Shown: one piece after another, positions 18,763 to 29,176 of the stretch
Position numbering within the stretch: position 1 is the stretch's first letter
Layout of the letters: every line of letters begins with the position of its first letter
From: an uncultured Lentisphaerales bacterium
GTDB taxonomy: Bacteria; Verrucomicrobiota; Lentisphaeria; JABSQK01; UBA12247
DNA: 64,000 bases
Reading direction: 5' to 3'
Assembly (NCBI GenBank): GCA_943788985.1
Contig: CALSSJ010000032.1
Location: 1 to 64,000 of the forward strand
Notes under the pieces: model-generated
The model's database searches: none
Told to the model about the DNA's origin: nothing
The model's input: the letters and a program-made list of their open reading frames with translations, nothing else
Program-made: the position numbers and the translations under genes

Positions 18763-19848
18763 TCATAAACATCGTAGGTGGCGGACTCGGCTGTCAGGGC
18801 GAGGCCCACCAGTTACCAGCCTGAGCGCAGCGCCGGTGCAGTCGGCAGGGCCAGGCCAGTAATCGGCAGCGAGATCATGGATCAGCCAGGTTAATTGTCG
18901 AGCGTTTACGCTGCGGCATGGCCATGGAGGACGAGAGCGGACGCGTCCGTGAGCCCGACCGCAAGGCTGCCCAGTTGCATCGAAGCCATCCGCACTGGCG
19001 ATCCGCACCGTATGCACATCAACGGGATAGTCTGCTGGAAGGACGGCGACTATCGTCTCGGCTACGAACTCCCTCGTAAAGGTCGTCGGGAATGGTGAAG
19101 GTACACTCTCCAAGCACAGGCGGTCCGTTGCAATGGGCAGATCTTCACCGGCTGGCTGGGCGCGGTCCCCAAAGCCGCCGGCCTCATACCAGCCGTGGGG
19201 CGTCTGATCACGCTCCGTAACTGTCCACCGCGCATCGGGGAAAACCAGCTCATAGCTCAGCTAGGCCAAGCCGGCCAGCACCATCGCAAACAGCAGATAG
19301 GTCGCAGGCTCCGACACGACCGAGATGGCCAGCGAGCCAACCTCCAAGGCGCCGAAGGTGTGCGCGCCATTGGTGTCGAACGCGCCAACGTTGGTCAGCG
19401 AAAACGTATAGTTCCCGAGCGCGAGATCTTCCGGTAGCAAGAAGCTGAGCTCCTCGCCCCAGAAGCCATCGAGGGCGAGTTGGCCGTTGCGATTGGGCAA
19501 GCCAGCGAAATGCAGCTCGCTGCCGGTCGCACCGACGGTATCCAAGCGAATCGCACCACCTACGGGAAGCGGCACAAAGGGCCCGGAAGCCGCTGGTGCG
19601 CTCTGGTCTTCGCCAGCGAAGACTGACCAGCCATGCGATGCATAGTCACGATCTTGCAGGATAATGTCGGGAGTCCTATTCGGCACAATGATGTCGTAAG
19701 CGATGCCGTGGACAAGTCCGGAACCGCTGACAAACGTTCACAGATCCCGCTGCGCACCCGGATTCACGTTCACAGCCGTAGTCCGGTCGCCATAGTTGGC
19801 GCCAGCAAAAAGGTCGACACGCAGAGCGAACGCCGGGCTGGCGCAAAG
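18763..19848 (-). pseudogene. Decayed secreted PEP-CTERM-type gene(s) with two related beta-rich domains
   Basis: One frame reads LCASPAFA-LRVDLF...GAQRDL*TFVSG...AYDIIVP...VVSEPATYLLFAMVLAGLA*LSYELVFP.... Internal stops, no start codon, SEP in place of PEP, no basic tail. Confidence 0.55.
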
Positions 19849-19852
19849 CTAA

Positions 19853-20477
19853 CCCGACTTTCGGCCCTCGACTCCTTTATTTCCTATGTCTGGAAAATTT
19901 CTGCTGCCTTTCGGCGTGATACCCGCAAAGATCAACTTTTTGCTGACAGGCAGTTGGTTATGGGCTGCCACCTGCTACGCACCGATCAGCAGGATCTGCC
20001 TGCCAAGCAACTTTGGCAGCTATTCATCACCTCAGTCTTGGCCGAAGAGGGGTTTCGGCTACTAAAAACCGACTTAGGCCTGCGCCCGAATTTCCATCAG
20101 ATCAAAGATTGCGCGGACGGGCACATTTTCATCACCGTGCTTGCCCACCACGTACCGACGCACATCCTGTTCACCTTGCGCCAGCGCGGAGACACCCGCG
20201 GCTGGCAGACGTTACGCAGCGTCTTGCAGCCGCATAGCTACGGGACACTGATCGCTCCGACAGTCGACGACACGGTTCATTGAATTGGTAAGCCAGGGCT
20301 TCCTGAGGCATCACAGGCGCAGATCTATCGCCACTTCGACATCGACACGACCGCCTTGTCGCAGACCAAGTTGATCACCACACTAAAATGACACGAGAAG
20401 AACCTGCGACTTTGTCGTGACTCCCTTCTTATCTCAGGCATCATCAGGAATTTGCGATCCTGCTTGAGAAAGTCTGG
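19853..20477 (+). mobile_element. Internally deleted IS1634-family element (transposase C-terminal remnant)
   Basis: Terminal IRs cccgactttc / ccagactttc; CTAA direct repeat at 19849-19852 and 20478-20481; remnant LLRTD...EEGFRLLKTDLGLRPNFHQ...HIFITVLA with an internal stop at 20281. Confidence 0.8.
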
Positions 20478-20687
20478 CTAACTTATGCCGCGGCCATTCA
20501 CGACCGAATTGAGGTGCAGCCGGTCTTGCAATATATCCACTCGCCAGCAGCCGCGGCTGACATTGATAATGCGCTGGTCCTAGGGCTACGCGTCAGCTTG
20601 CCCCTCTGGTAGTATTGCGAACTGTGCTACTGCGTGCGAAGCCGAGACGCAAGGCGTCCAAAAGACGAGTTTGCAGCAGACGCGAGT

Positions 20688-21536
20688 TTATCCACGGGCT
20701 GTTAGGCGAATCCCGTTGTCTTCCAAGTAAATCAGCCGCTTCCTATACAAGGCGCTCACGGCCAGCTTAAAGGCTTTCTTGCTGACGCCAAAGCGCTGTT
20801 GAATCGCGTGCGGGGAACTCTTGCTCGTCAGGGGGAGAAAGCCATCTGCGCTTTGGATGGCGGCCAGGACCGTAGCCTCGACGCCGGCGACCTTGGCATA
20901 CCCGGGCGGTTGCAGCGAGATGTCTAGCTTGTCGTCCAAGCGCAATTCTTTGACGTAGCCCGACATGCGCTGGCCGTCCTCCAAGTGCTCGAAAACCTCG
21001 TCCCCGTAGAGCAACCCCCAATATTGGCCATCTACGATCGCCTTATAGCCCAAGTCGGTCTCTTCGAAGATCATCAACTCGACTTCATCGCCGAATTGAT
21101 AGCAGTCGGCAAAATAGGACAGATACTTGCGCAAGTCTCCAGTGCCGTAGAGCCGGTCTGTCTGCTCGTCCAGACAGATCCTCACCACCCGCCATTCGCC
21201 CACGCGAAAGAGCCCGTTCTGCTGGCGCCGTGGGACCAATAGGTCCTTGGCGATCCCAAGATCCATAAAGGCTCCGTCTGACGACGTGCCCACCACTTCT
21301 AGGCAGGCGAACTCGCCGAGCACCGCTTTGGGCTTTTCAGGGGTCGCGGTCAAACGCTCTTCTGAATCGCGATAGACAAACACCGATATGTGATCGTCCA
21401 GCTTGAGGTCGCTGGGCGCAAAACGCAATGGCAACAATGCCTCATCGCCCGCTTCGTTGGCGACAAAGAAGCCAAACTCTGCGGTTCGGATAACCTTCAA
21501 CTCACTGATAGTTCCAAGCACCTGCGACCTTCCCAT
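20688..21536 (-). CDS. cvfB: CvfB/YitL-family S1 RNA-binding protein
   Basis: VFVYRDSEERLTAT, GAFMDLGIAKDLLVP, TDLGYKAIV, winged-helix tail SKKAFKLAVSALY. Confidence 0.9.
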   Translation of the reverse strand: MGRSQVLGTISELKVIRTAEFGFFVANEAGDEALLPLRFAPSDLKLDDHISVFVYRDSEERLTATPEKPKAVLGEFACLEVVGTSSDGAFMDLGIAKDLLVPRRQQNGLFRVGEWRVVRICLDEQTDRLYGTGDLRKYLSYFADCYQFGDEVELMIFEETDLGYKAIVDGQYWGLLYGDEVFEHLEDGQRMSGYVKELRLDDKLDISLQPPGYAKVAGVEATVLAAIQSADGFLPLTSKSSPHAIQQRFGVSKKAFKLAVSALYRKRLIYLEDNGIRLTARG

Positions 21537-22048
21537 TTAGCCTGACTAATTGATGCAATCTCGTTGCGAGAGTCGGCTGTGTGCTTCAGGCAACGATTAA
21601 TCTTCGATGGACAAGCCGCAAGGATAGTCCGCAAACGCGCTTACGCTACTGATGCGCTAACGAATCGTTTCGCCTCACTGTTTGCCGCAGATGGCAGGAA
21701 AGAGCCGGCAGTGCTCCCAGTGGTACCTGGTCTGATGCGTCCTAATTTATGCGGATTGTCTACGGACAGGGATAGCGGGTATTTTTCTGAGTGGTGTTTG
21801 TCGGGGCAGACCTCTTAGCTGCCGGCCTGCAAGAGGGCGATCGCCTTGTTCAGCTCTGCGATCTGCAGGGGCTTGTCGCGGACCAGATCCACGCAGGCAG
21901 TTCGTTCCGTCACGCTGTTCATGATGCTGCCAACCACAGTGAGCCTAAATGATGGGTTTGGCGGTAGCGAGGGTTTTGGTGGGAACAAGTAGATCATACT
22001 ATCGACTCGCTGGTAGCGCGAAATCCGGCAACACGGCTAAAGTGTCCT

Positions 22049-22437
22049 ATGCGTAAGTCATTTACACTCGCCGAATGCGGCAACGGCGACGCCCGCGACG
22101 CCATCCCAGATGACCAACTCCTTGCGGAGATCGCAAAGGCACTGGGTCATCCGGCATGCGTCCAGATCCTGCGTCTCCTCCTTCAATATGAGCGCTGTTT
22201 TGCTGCGATATTGTCGAGGCACTCCCTCTGGCACAGTCCACCGTTTCGCAAGACCTCAAGCAGATGAAGCAAGCCGGGCTCATTCAAGGCGAGGTCGCTG
22301 GAGTTAGTGTGTGCTACTGCCTCAATCCGGCCGTCTTTCAGTACTTTAAGGCCATCTTTGCCGCGCTCCGACAGTGCGTAATCGTTTTTTGGCGATTGAT
22401 GATGGGGGGACTGGCCTTGCGAGTGGCGGCGCGATAA
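22049..22437 (+). pseudogene. arsR: ArsR/SmtB-family repressor, frameshifted at 22198-22201
   Basis: KALGHP..ILRLL...CF continues in another frame as [30 protein letters not shown]...CYCLN. One T is missing from a T-run. Confidence 0.8.
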
Positions 22438-22456
22438 AATGAATAAGGAGATGATT

Positions 22457-23653
22457 ATGAGCGAGCATGCTGAACGCAAAATGAGCAGCATTTTTGAGCG
22501 TTACCTGACGGTTTGGGTCGCCCTCAGCATTGTTGTAGGCATCGCTTTGGGAAAACTTCTGCCAGACCTCGCGAAGACTTTGGATGGCGTCGCGATATCC
22601 GTAAACGGCGCACCAGTGGTGTCTATTCCGATTGCGGTCTGCCTCTTCTTCATGATGTACCCGATTATGGTGAAGATCGACTTTGCGAGTGTGGTGCAGG
22701 CCGGCAAAACCGGCAAACCGGTATTTCTGACGCTGTTTCTGAATTGGTGCGTAAAGCCATTCACCATGTATGGGATATCGCTGTTTTTTCTCGGTGTGCT
22801 TTTCCGTGGTTTCATTGGCCCAGAGGCGACAGATCTGGTGAGGATGCCGTTTGGCCTTGACCTCCCAGTCGGCAGCGAATACGGAGCCGGGGCTGTCGTG
22901 CTCCAAGATGGCATCAAAATGCTGCAAGTTCCCCTCTGGCGCAGCTACCTTGCGGGGTGCATTCTGCTCGGGATCGCCCCCTGTACGGCGATGGTGCTCG
23001 TCTGGGGATACCTGGCGAGGGGCAACGACGCTCTGACGCTGGTTATGGTAGCGATAAACTCCCTGACGATGTTGCTGCTCTATGGGGTGCTCGGTGGGTT
23101 TCTGCTCGGAGTCGGCCGCTTACCCGTCCCCTGGCAAGCACTGCTCCTCTCGATCGGAATCTACGTCGCGCTGCCACTTGTTGCCGGGTATTTTTCCCGC
23201 CGGTGGATCATCCGGGTGAAGGGAGAGGCGTGGTTTCGGGAGACGTTTCTCCAAGTGCTTACCCCGATCACGATCATTGCCCTGCTCGTCACCTTGGTGC
23301 TGCTCTTCTCCTTTAAGGGCGAGGTGCTTATCGACAATCCGCTCACCATTCTGTGGATCGCGATCCCCCTGTTTCTTCAGACCTGCCTTATTTTTGGTCT
23401 GGGCTACGCGCTGGCAAGATGGCTAAAGCTGAGCTACGAAGATGCTGCGCCTGTCGCAATGATCGGAGCTTCGAATCACTTTGAAGTGGCGATCGCCACT
23501 GCCACGATGCTGTTTGGACTCTCCTCTGGCGCTGCCTTAGCCACCGTTATCGGTGTGTTGATCGAAGTTCCAGTGATGCTGATGTTGGTCCGGATTTGCC
23601 TCAAAACGAGGGCATGGTTCGGGCCCGCGGTGATGCCGAAGCCAAGCCAATAG
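22457..23653 (+). CDS. acr3: ACR3-family arsenite efflux transporter
   Basis: [58 protein letters not shown] aaggag. Confidence 0.95.
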   Translation: MSEHAERKMSSIFERYLTVWVALSIVVGIALGKLLPDLAKTLDGVAISVNGAPVVSIPIAVCLFFMMYPIMVKIDFASVVQAGKTGKPVFLTLFLNWCVKPFTMYGISLFFLGVLFRGFIGPEATDLVRMPFGLDLPVGSEYGAGAVVLQDGIKMLQVPLWRSYLAGCILLGIAPCTAMVLVWGYLARGNDALTLVMVAINSLTMLLLYGVLGGFLLGVGRLPVPWQALLLSIGIYVALPLVAGYFSRRWIIRVKGEAWFRETFLQVLTPITIIALLVTLVLLFSFKGEVLIDNPLTILWIAIPLFLQTCLIFGLGYALARWLKLSYEDAAPVAMIGASNHFEVAIATATMLFGLSSGAALATVIGVLIEVPVMLMLVRICLKTRAWFGPAVMPKPSQ

Positions 23654-23919
23654 AATTTCAGGAGGGGCACCGGCTGCCTGCGAATCCCGACATTGCCCGC
23701 ACCATACAGGCCGAAACAGTCGAGTGCTTCAACAGCCTGGGGGGAAATTAGCAAGCAAGTCCTTATAGCAGTGGCTTTACGCCGGAGCCGCCATTCTGGA
23801 AAGACCTTCAGAACTGACTTGCGCCGCCCAGGTGATTGACCTTCCCCCGACGGTTACCATAGTACGCAGCTCTGCCGGTGGCGTAGGGATAAATTATTGT
23901 TATGGATAGGAGGCCTGTC

Positions 23920-24792
23920 ATGGGCGTATTGCAGCTGGGCATTCCAAAGGGAAGCCTCGAGAATAGTACGGTGGAAATGTTCGCCAAGGCCGGTTATAAG
24001 ATTTCGATTAGTTCGCGGAGCTACTTTCCCAGTATTGATGATCCGGAAATCGAGTGCACGCTGATTCGTGCTCAAGAGATGGCCCGGTACGTGGAAGAGG
24101 GTGCTCTCGATGCTGGGTTGACTGGATCGGACTGGATTCGTGAAGTAGGCGCAGACGTGGTTGAAGTCGCCGAGCTGGTCTATGGCAAGGTCGGTCGCAA
24201 GCCGCTGCAGTGGGTTTTGGCCGTGCCGGAAGATTCGGACATTCACAAGGCGGCGGATCTGGAAGGCAAGCGGATCGCCACCGAGGCCGTCGGCATGACC
24301 AAGCGCTACTTGGCTGACAACAAGGTAACCGCCAAGGTAGAGTTCAGTTGGGGCGCGACCGAAGTGAAGCCGCCACGACTGGCCGATGCGATTGTAGAAA
24401 TCACCGAGACTGGCTCGTCGTTGCGGGCCAATAATCTCCGAATTGTGGACACGCTTTGCACCTCGACCACGCGTTTGGTGTGTAACAAGGAAGCCTGGGC
24501 AGATGATTTCAAGCGCCGAAAAGTCGAGCGCCTGGCTATGCTGCTCATTTCGGTGCTGGAAGCGGAGAGCAAGGTCGGCCTAATGTTTAATCTGCCGAAG
24601 GATAAGGTGGAAGGCGTGATGAACCTGCTTCCGGCTTTGCGTCGGCCCACGATCTCGCCGCTGGTCGAAGAAGGCTGGGTGGCCCTCAATACGGTGGTGG
24701 AGGAGCACGTGGTGCGCGAGATCATCCCGCAGCTGTCTTTGCATGGCGCGGAAGGCATCGTCGAGTATTCACTGAATAAGGTCGTTCGCTAA
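23920..24792 (+). CDS. hisG: ATP phosphoribosyltransferase (long form)
   Basis: [40 protein letters not shown], regulatory C-domain PTISPL; SD aggagg. Confidence 0.95.
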   Translation: MGVLQLGIPKGSLENSTVEMFAKAGYKISISSRSYFPSIDDPEIECTLIRAQEMARYVEEGALDAGLTGSDWIREVGADVVEVAELVYGKVGRKPLQWVLAVPEDSDIHKAADLEGKRIATEAVGMTKRYLADNKVTAKVEFSWGATEVKPPRLADAIVEITETGSSLRANNLRIVDTLCTSTTRLVCNKEAWADDFKRRKVERLAMLLISVLEAESKVGLMFNLPKDKVEGVMNLLPALRRPTISPLVEEGWVALNTVVEEHVVREIIPQLSLHGAEGIVEYSLNKVVR

Positions 24793-24802
24793 CCGGGCTC
24801 TG

Positions 24803-25072
24803 TTGCAGCTCTCGATCACATATTTCGGGCAGGCCCGTGAGTTTGCGGGAGGCGCAAGAGAGTTTCTGGCATTGGCAGAAGGTGCTACGCTGGAGGACGC
24901 GCTGCGGCTTGCCGCAGGCCAGCATGGCCCGAAGCTTGCGCAGTTGTTGTTCGATGCCGCAGGCAGCTTGCGGCGCAACGTGCTGCTGGTCCTAAATGGT
25001 GCCCACGCACAAGGTGGCGCGCTTAGAGACGGCGATGCCCTGACGATCCTGCCATCAATTTCTGGAGGCTGA
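24803..25072 (+). CDS. MoaD/ThiS-family sulfur carrier
   Basis: YFG, LRDGDALTILPSISGG with terminal Gly-Gly. Confidence 0.9.
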   Translation: MQLSITYFGQAREFAGGAREFLALAEGATLEDALRLAAGQHGPKLAQLLFDAAGSLRRNVLLVLNGAHAQGGALRDGDALTILPSISGG

Positions 25073-25074
25073 GG

Positions 25075-25275
25075 ATGCTTCCAGAGCTGACAGCGCAAGA
25101 ACGCGCGGTCTCCGCAATGGCTGCGAACATCGCAGTGCTAGAGGGGATCAAGGTGCTTGCCGGGCTGGGAGAGACGCTGGCCGGTACACTGCTGACCTAC
25201 GATGCGTTGACGATGTCGTTTATGAAGGTGCCGCTCGCGCGGCGTCCTGACTGCCCGATCTGTCGGGACGTTTAG
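25075..25275 (+). pseudogene. MoeB/ThiF-family adenylyltransferase reduced to N- and C-terminal ends by an in-frame deletion
   Basis: MLPELTAQER joined directly to AVSAMAANIAVLEGIKVL...RRPDCPIC; no GxGxxG nucleotide-binding core; 66 aa. Confidence 0.75.
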
Positions 25276-25279
25276 CCGG

Positions 25280-26794
25280 ATGAAGAATGCGAAACGGATG
25301 TTTTTGCTGTCGGCGGTCGTGGTGGTGGCTCTCGTGCTGGGGCTTGCGAAGTTCGCAAGCCCTGCGAAGTCCGCAGCGGGCGGGTCCGCAATTCTGGTCT
25401 ATTGCGCGGCTGGAATCAAGGCCCCGGTGCAAGAGCTAGCGACCCAGTTCGAACAGGATTATGGGGTGCGCGTACATCTGCAGTTCGGCGGTTCTGGAAC
25501 CTTGCTCAGCAACCTGCAGGTGAGTCAGCAGGGCGACCTGTATTTATCCGCAGATGTGAGCTATCAGGAGATTGCCCGGGCCAAGGGCCTGGTTCGGGAG
25601 CTGGTGCCTCTGGCCTTCCAGAAGCCGGTGATCGCGGTTCACAAAGGCAATCCCCGTCAGATTCGCGGGCTGGCGGACCTGGCGCGCAGCGATGTGCGCG
25701 TGGCACTGGGAAATCCGGAAGCCGCTTCGATTGGCAAGCAAACCCAGAAACTGCTGACGGCAAGCGGGCACTGGGCAGCAGTCGCCGAGAATGTGACGCA
25801 AAACGGGGTATTTAAGCCGACGGTCCCCGAGGTGGCAAACGATATTAGCCTGGCATCTGTAGACGCGGGAATTATTTGGGACGCGACCGCGCGACAGTAC
25901 GACGACATTGAGCTGATTCAGGTCCCGGAGTTGGATCTGGCACGCAAAGAAATCATGATTGGGGTGCTGACTCAGTGCACCCAGCCGACGCACGCGCTCC
26001 GCTTTGCTCGCTATCTAAACAGCACGGTGGGGAATGCGGTGTTCGCAGCGCACCACTACGAGACCGTGGCGGGTGATCGTTGGGAGTGGGAGCCGCAGAT
26101 GACTTTTTTCAGCGGGACTGTAAATCGACGCGGTATCGATCGGGCTGTGCTTGATTTCGCCGAGCGCGAGGGCGTGTCGATGAATGTGATCTACAACGGC
26201 TGCGGCTTGCTGACTGGGCAAATGCGTACGATTCGCGCGAGTGAACAGGCAACGGGCTTCCCAGACGCCTACATGGCCTGCGATCGCTACTACCTGGATG
26301 TGGTGGCCGACTGGTTCAAGGATGACAGCAACATCTCTGAGAATCGCATCGTGATCGCCGTGCCGAAGGGAAATCCTGCGAAGATCGCAACCCTTGGGGA
26401 CCTCGCAAAACCAGGAGTAAGGGTCGCGCTGGGGCAACCGCAGCAGTGCACGATCGGGGTCCTGACGCGCAAGCTGCTGGAAGAGCAGGGCCTGCTTGAT
26501 GCGATCACCGCAAACGTGGTGACCGAGACCGCGTCATCGGCACTGTTGGTCCCGGCTATCGCCACGGGGCACGCAGATGCGGCCATTGCCTACGAGACCG
26601 ATACCCTGGCGGAGGTGGGCAAGATCGACAGCGTCGTAATCGAGTCGCAACTGGCGCGTGCTGTGCAGCCGTTTTCGATCTCACGGTCGAGCGTGTACCA
26701 GCACCTGAGCGAGCGGTTGCGGGCAGCGATTGTCGCGCATCGCGACGATCTGGAGGCGGCTGGCTTTGTATTGCAGCCGGGCCCGGAGAAGTGA
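25280..26794 (+). CDS. modA: Molybdate ABC substrate-binding protein with two tandem ModA-like domains
   Basis: CAAG, FGGSGTL, LSAD, KGNP in domain 1, with a second copy (PKGNPAKI, ADAAIAY); 504 aa. Confidence 0.85.
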   Translation: MKNAKRMFLLSAVVVVALVLGLAKFASPAKSAAGGSAILVYCAAGIKAPVQELATQFEQDYGVRVHLQFGGSGTLLSNLQVSQQGDLYLSADVSYQEIARAKGLVRELVPLAFQKPVIAVHKGNPRQIRGLADLARSDVRVALGNPEAASIGKQTQKLLTASGHWAAVAENVTQNGVFKPTVPEVANDISLASVDAGIIWDATARQYDDIELIQVPELDLARKEIMIGVLTQCTQPTHALRFARYLNSTVGNAVFAAHHYETVAGDRWEWEPQMTFFSGTVNRRGIDRAVLDFAEREGVSMNVIYNGCGLLTGQMRTIRASEQATGFPDAYMACDRYYLDVVADWFKDDSNISENRIVIAVPKGNPAKIATLGDLAKPGVRVALGQPQQCTIGVLTRKLLEEQGLLDAITANVVTETASSALLVPAIATGHADAAIAYETDTLAEVGKIDSVVIESQLARAVQPFSISRSSVYQHLSERLRAAIVAHRDDLEAAGFVLQPGPEK

Positions 26795-27675
26795 AAGAGC
26801 TGACTGCGCCAGCAGTGAGACGGGCGGATACCGCGTTCTACCTAATCCTGACCGTGATCTGCCTGCTGTATGTCGGGCTGTTGTTTTTGTTGATCGGGGC
26901 CGATGTCGCCTACATGGTGTTGGGCGATGACTTACCGGACCGGAATCCAATGCTGGATGCGTTGGCCAAGCCAGAGATCCGGCGCTCGATCCTGCTGAGT
27001 CTGGGCTCCTGCACCATCACGGCGATCCTATCGGTCTGGGTTGCTGTGCCGATCGGCTACCTGCTCACGAGGGTGGAGTTTCCTGGGCGACGGCTGGTGG
27101 ATGCCGCGCTGGATATCCCGATTGTGCTGCCGCCGCTGGTGGTCGGGCTGAGCTTACTAATCCTGTTTCAATTTCCACCGTTTTCGACGGAGCTGGCGAT
27201 CCCGCTGGGGGATGGCGAAGTGCTGCGGCTGAGTCTGGCGCGGCTGGTGGTTTATCAGGTCCCGGCTGTGATTCTGGCGCAGTTTACGGTCTCGGCAGCG
27301 TTCGCGGTGCGGACCATGAAGGTGACGTTTGAGCAACTCAATCCGCGCTGTGAGCAGGTGGCGCTGACGCTCGGTTGTACGCGGTCGCAAGCTTTCTGGC
27401 GGGTGGTGGTCCCACAGTGCGGGCCGGGGCTGATTACCGCATTTACGCTGTCATGGGCGCGCGCTCTCGGTGAGTTTGGGCCGATTCTGATTTTTGCCGG
27501 GGCGACCCGCAATAAGACGGAGGTGCTGTCTACGACGGTGTTTCTAGAGTTGAGCATTGGCGATCTGCAGGCGGCCGTGGCGGTTTCCTTGATCATGGTG
27601 ATTGCTGCGGTGGTGGTGCTGGTGATCGCCAGACTGTGGGGGCTGCGCGAGTTTTATGCGGAGGGCCGGGCATGA
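26791..27675 (+). CDS. modB: Molybdate ABC permease
   Basis: DIPIVLPPLVVG, EQVALTLG, WARALGEFG. Confidence 0.9.
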   Translation: MKELTAPAVRRADTAFYLILTVICLLYVGLLFLLIGADVAYMVLGDDLPDRNPMLDALAKPEIRRSILLSLGSCTITAILSVWVAVPIGYLLTRVEFPGRRLVDAALDIPIVLPPLVVGLSLLILFQFPPFSTELAIPLGDGEVLRLSLARLVVYQVPAVILAQFTVSAAFAVRTMKVTFEQLNPRCEQVALTLGCTRSQAFWRVVVPQCGPGLITAFTLSWARALGEFGPILIFAGATRNKTEVLSTTVFLELSIGDLQAAVAVSLIMVIAAVVVLVIARLWGLREFYAEGRA

Positions 27676-28307
27676 TCGAACTCAAGGATGTCGCGATCGC
27701 CGCTGGCGGGTTCTCGCTCGCTGGCGTGAATTTGCGGATTCCGCAAGGCAAATACGGCGTCTTGATGGGCAAGACAGGCTGTGGCAAGTCGACCATTCTC
27801 GAAGCGATCGCGGGGCTGAAGCGGGTCACCGCCGGGACCATCTGCCTGGCAGGTGAGGATGTGACCGAGGCCAAGCCCGCGCTGCGTGCTGTGGGCTTTG
27901 TGCCGCAGGACAGTGCTCTGTTTCCGGGGATGACCGTGGCGGAAAACCTGACCTTTGCCTTGGATATCCGCGGGGCAGGGGAGGGCGCGCAGGACGCGCG
28001 CTGTCAGGAATTAGCGGGCCTGCTCGGGCTTGAAGCGCTCTTGGAGCGCTATCCTGCCAATCTGAGCGGCGGGGAGCGCCAGCGCGTGGCACTCGGCCGG
28101 GCGATCTCATTTCGGCCAACGACACTGCTGCTGGACGAACCGCTAAGTGCGGTAGACGAGAATACCCGGGAGGAAATGCACGATCTACTCAAGTCCGTGC
28201 AGCAGTTTTCATCTGCGACCATACTGCACGTGACGCACAGCCGTGGGGCAGCTGAGCGTCTGGCAGACCTGCGTTTTGAGCTAGTGGATGGGCGCATCTG
28301 CTCCTGA
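27672..28307 (+). CDS. modC: ABC ATP-binding protein (ModC-like, no TOBE tail)
   Basis: GKTGCGKST, LSGGERQ, LLLDEP, HVTH. Confidence 0.85.
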   Translation: MIELKDVAIAAGGFSLAGVNLRIPQGKYGVLMGKTGCGKSTILEAIAGLKRVTAGTICLAGEDVTEAKPALRAVGFVPQDSALFPGMTVAENLTFALDIRGAGEGAQDARCQELAGLLGLEALLERYPANLSGGERQRVALGRAISFRPTTLLLDEPLSAVDENTREEMHDLLKSVQQFSSATILHVTHSRGAAERLADLRFELVDGRICS

Positions 28308-28405
28308 CGCGAGAATTTATCCACTTGTGCTGATTTGTCAGGCGTCGCTATCTCCGTACAGTACCGCTCACATGTCGAATTCCACCGTACCGAGGTCGTC
28401 CCCAT

Positions 28406-29176
28406 ATGCCTGTCAAACAAAGTGTCTGCTATCCGCTGTTCGCTGAAATTCCAGTCGACGATTTCTGCCGGACTGCCGCCGAGATAGGCTTGTCGGCAAT
28501 CGAGCTGTGGGGGTGGGACGAGAGTCTCGACGGGATCGTCGAGACCGCGAAGAAGCATGGTCTGGTCATGGCCAGCATGTGCGGGCACGAATCGCTGCCC
28601 GACGGACTGAACAAGGCTGAAAACCACGATCGGATCGAAGGGGAATTGCGGGTCTCTATCGACAAGGCATCAGAGCTAGGGATTCCCGGTGTGATCTGTT
28701 TCTCCGGCAATCGTAATCCCGGACAGAGCGATCTGGAAGGCATGATTACTTGCGCCAGGGGGCTTCGGCGCATTGCCCCATACGCTGAGGAGAAGGGGAT
28801 CAACCTAAACGTCGAGCTACTCAATTCGAAGGTTGACCACCCAGGCTACCAGTGTGATACGACCGACTGGGGCCTGGCACTGTGTGAAATGGTCAACAGC
28901 CGACGCGTGAAGCTGCTCTTCGACATTTACCACATGCAGATCATGGAAGGCGACATTATCGGCAACATCCGCAAAGGGATTGACTGGATCGGGCACTTCC
29001 ACACGGCTGGGAATCCGGATCGACACGACTTGGACGACGACCAGGAGCTAAACTACCGGGGAATCTGCCGGGCCATTGCTGCGACTGGCTACGATCTCTA
29101 CGTCGGGCATGAGTTCTCGCCCAAGGGCGACAAAATCGAGGCGCTCAAGAAAGCCTTTGCGCTCTGCGACGGCTAG
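28406..29176 (+). CDS. Hydroxypyruvate isomerase-family TIM-barrel protein
   Basis: ELLNSKVDHPGY, LLFDIYHMQIMEG, HFHTAGNP, VGHEF. Confidence 0.9.
   Translation: MPVKQSVCYPLFAEIPVDDFCRTAAEIGLSAIELWGWDESLDGIVETAKKHGLVMASMCGHESLPDGLNKAENHDRIEGELRVSIDKASELGIPGVICFSGNRNPGQSDLEGMITCARGLRRIAPYAEEKGINLNVELLNSKVDHPGYQCDTTDWGLALCEMVNSRRVKLLFDIYHMQIMEGDIIGNIRKGIDWIGHFHTAGNPDRHDLDDDQELNYRGICRAIAATGYDLYVGHEFSPKGDKIEALKKAFALCDG

Noticed and set aside
19261..19263. Programmed TAG read-through or pyrrolysine joining the two domains
   Set aside because: The same frame has another internal stop and no start codon; decay is the simpler explanation.
19633..20283. 216-aa ORF as an intact transposase
   Set aside because: Its N-terminal part is antisense to the decayed surface-protein gene and crosses the IS end; only the C-terminal part is transposase.
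21815..21997. 60-aa ORF ending DKPLQIAELNKAIA, resembling a receiver-domain tail
   Set aside because: Too short and lacks the other REC motifs; at most a remnant.
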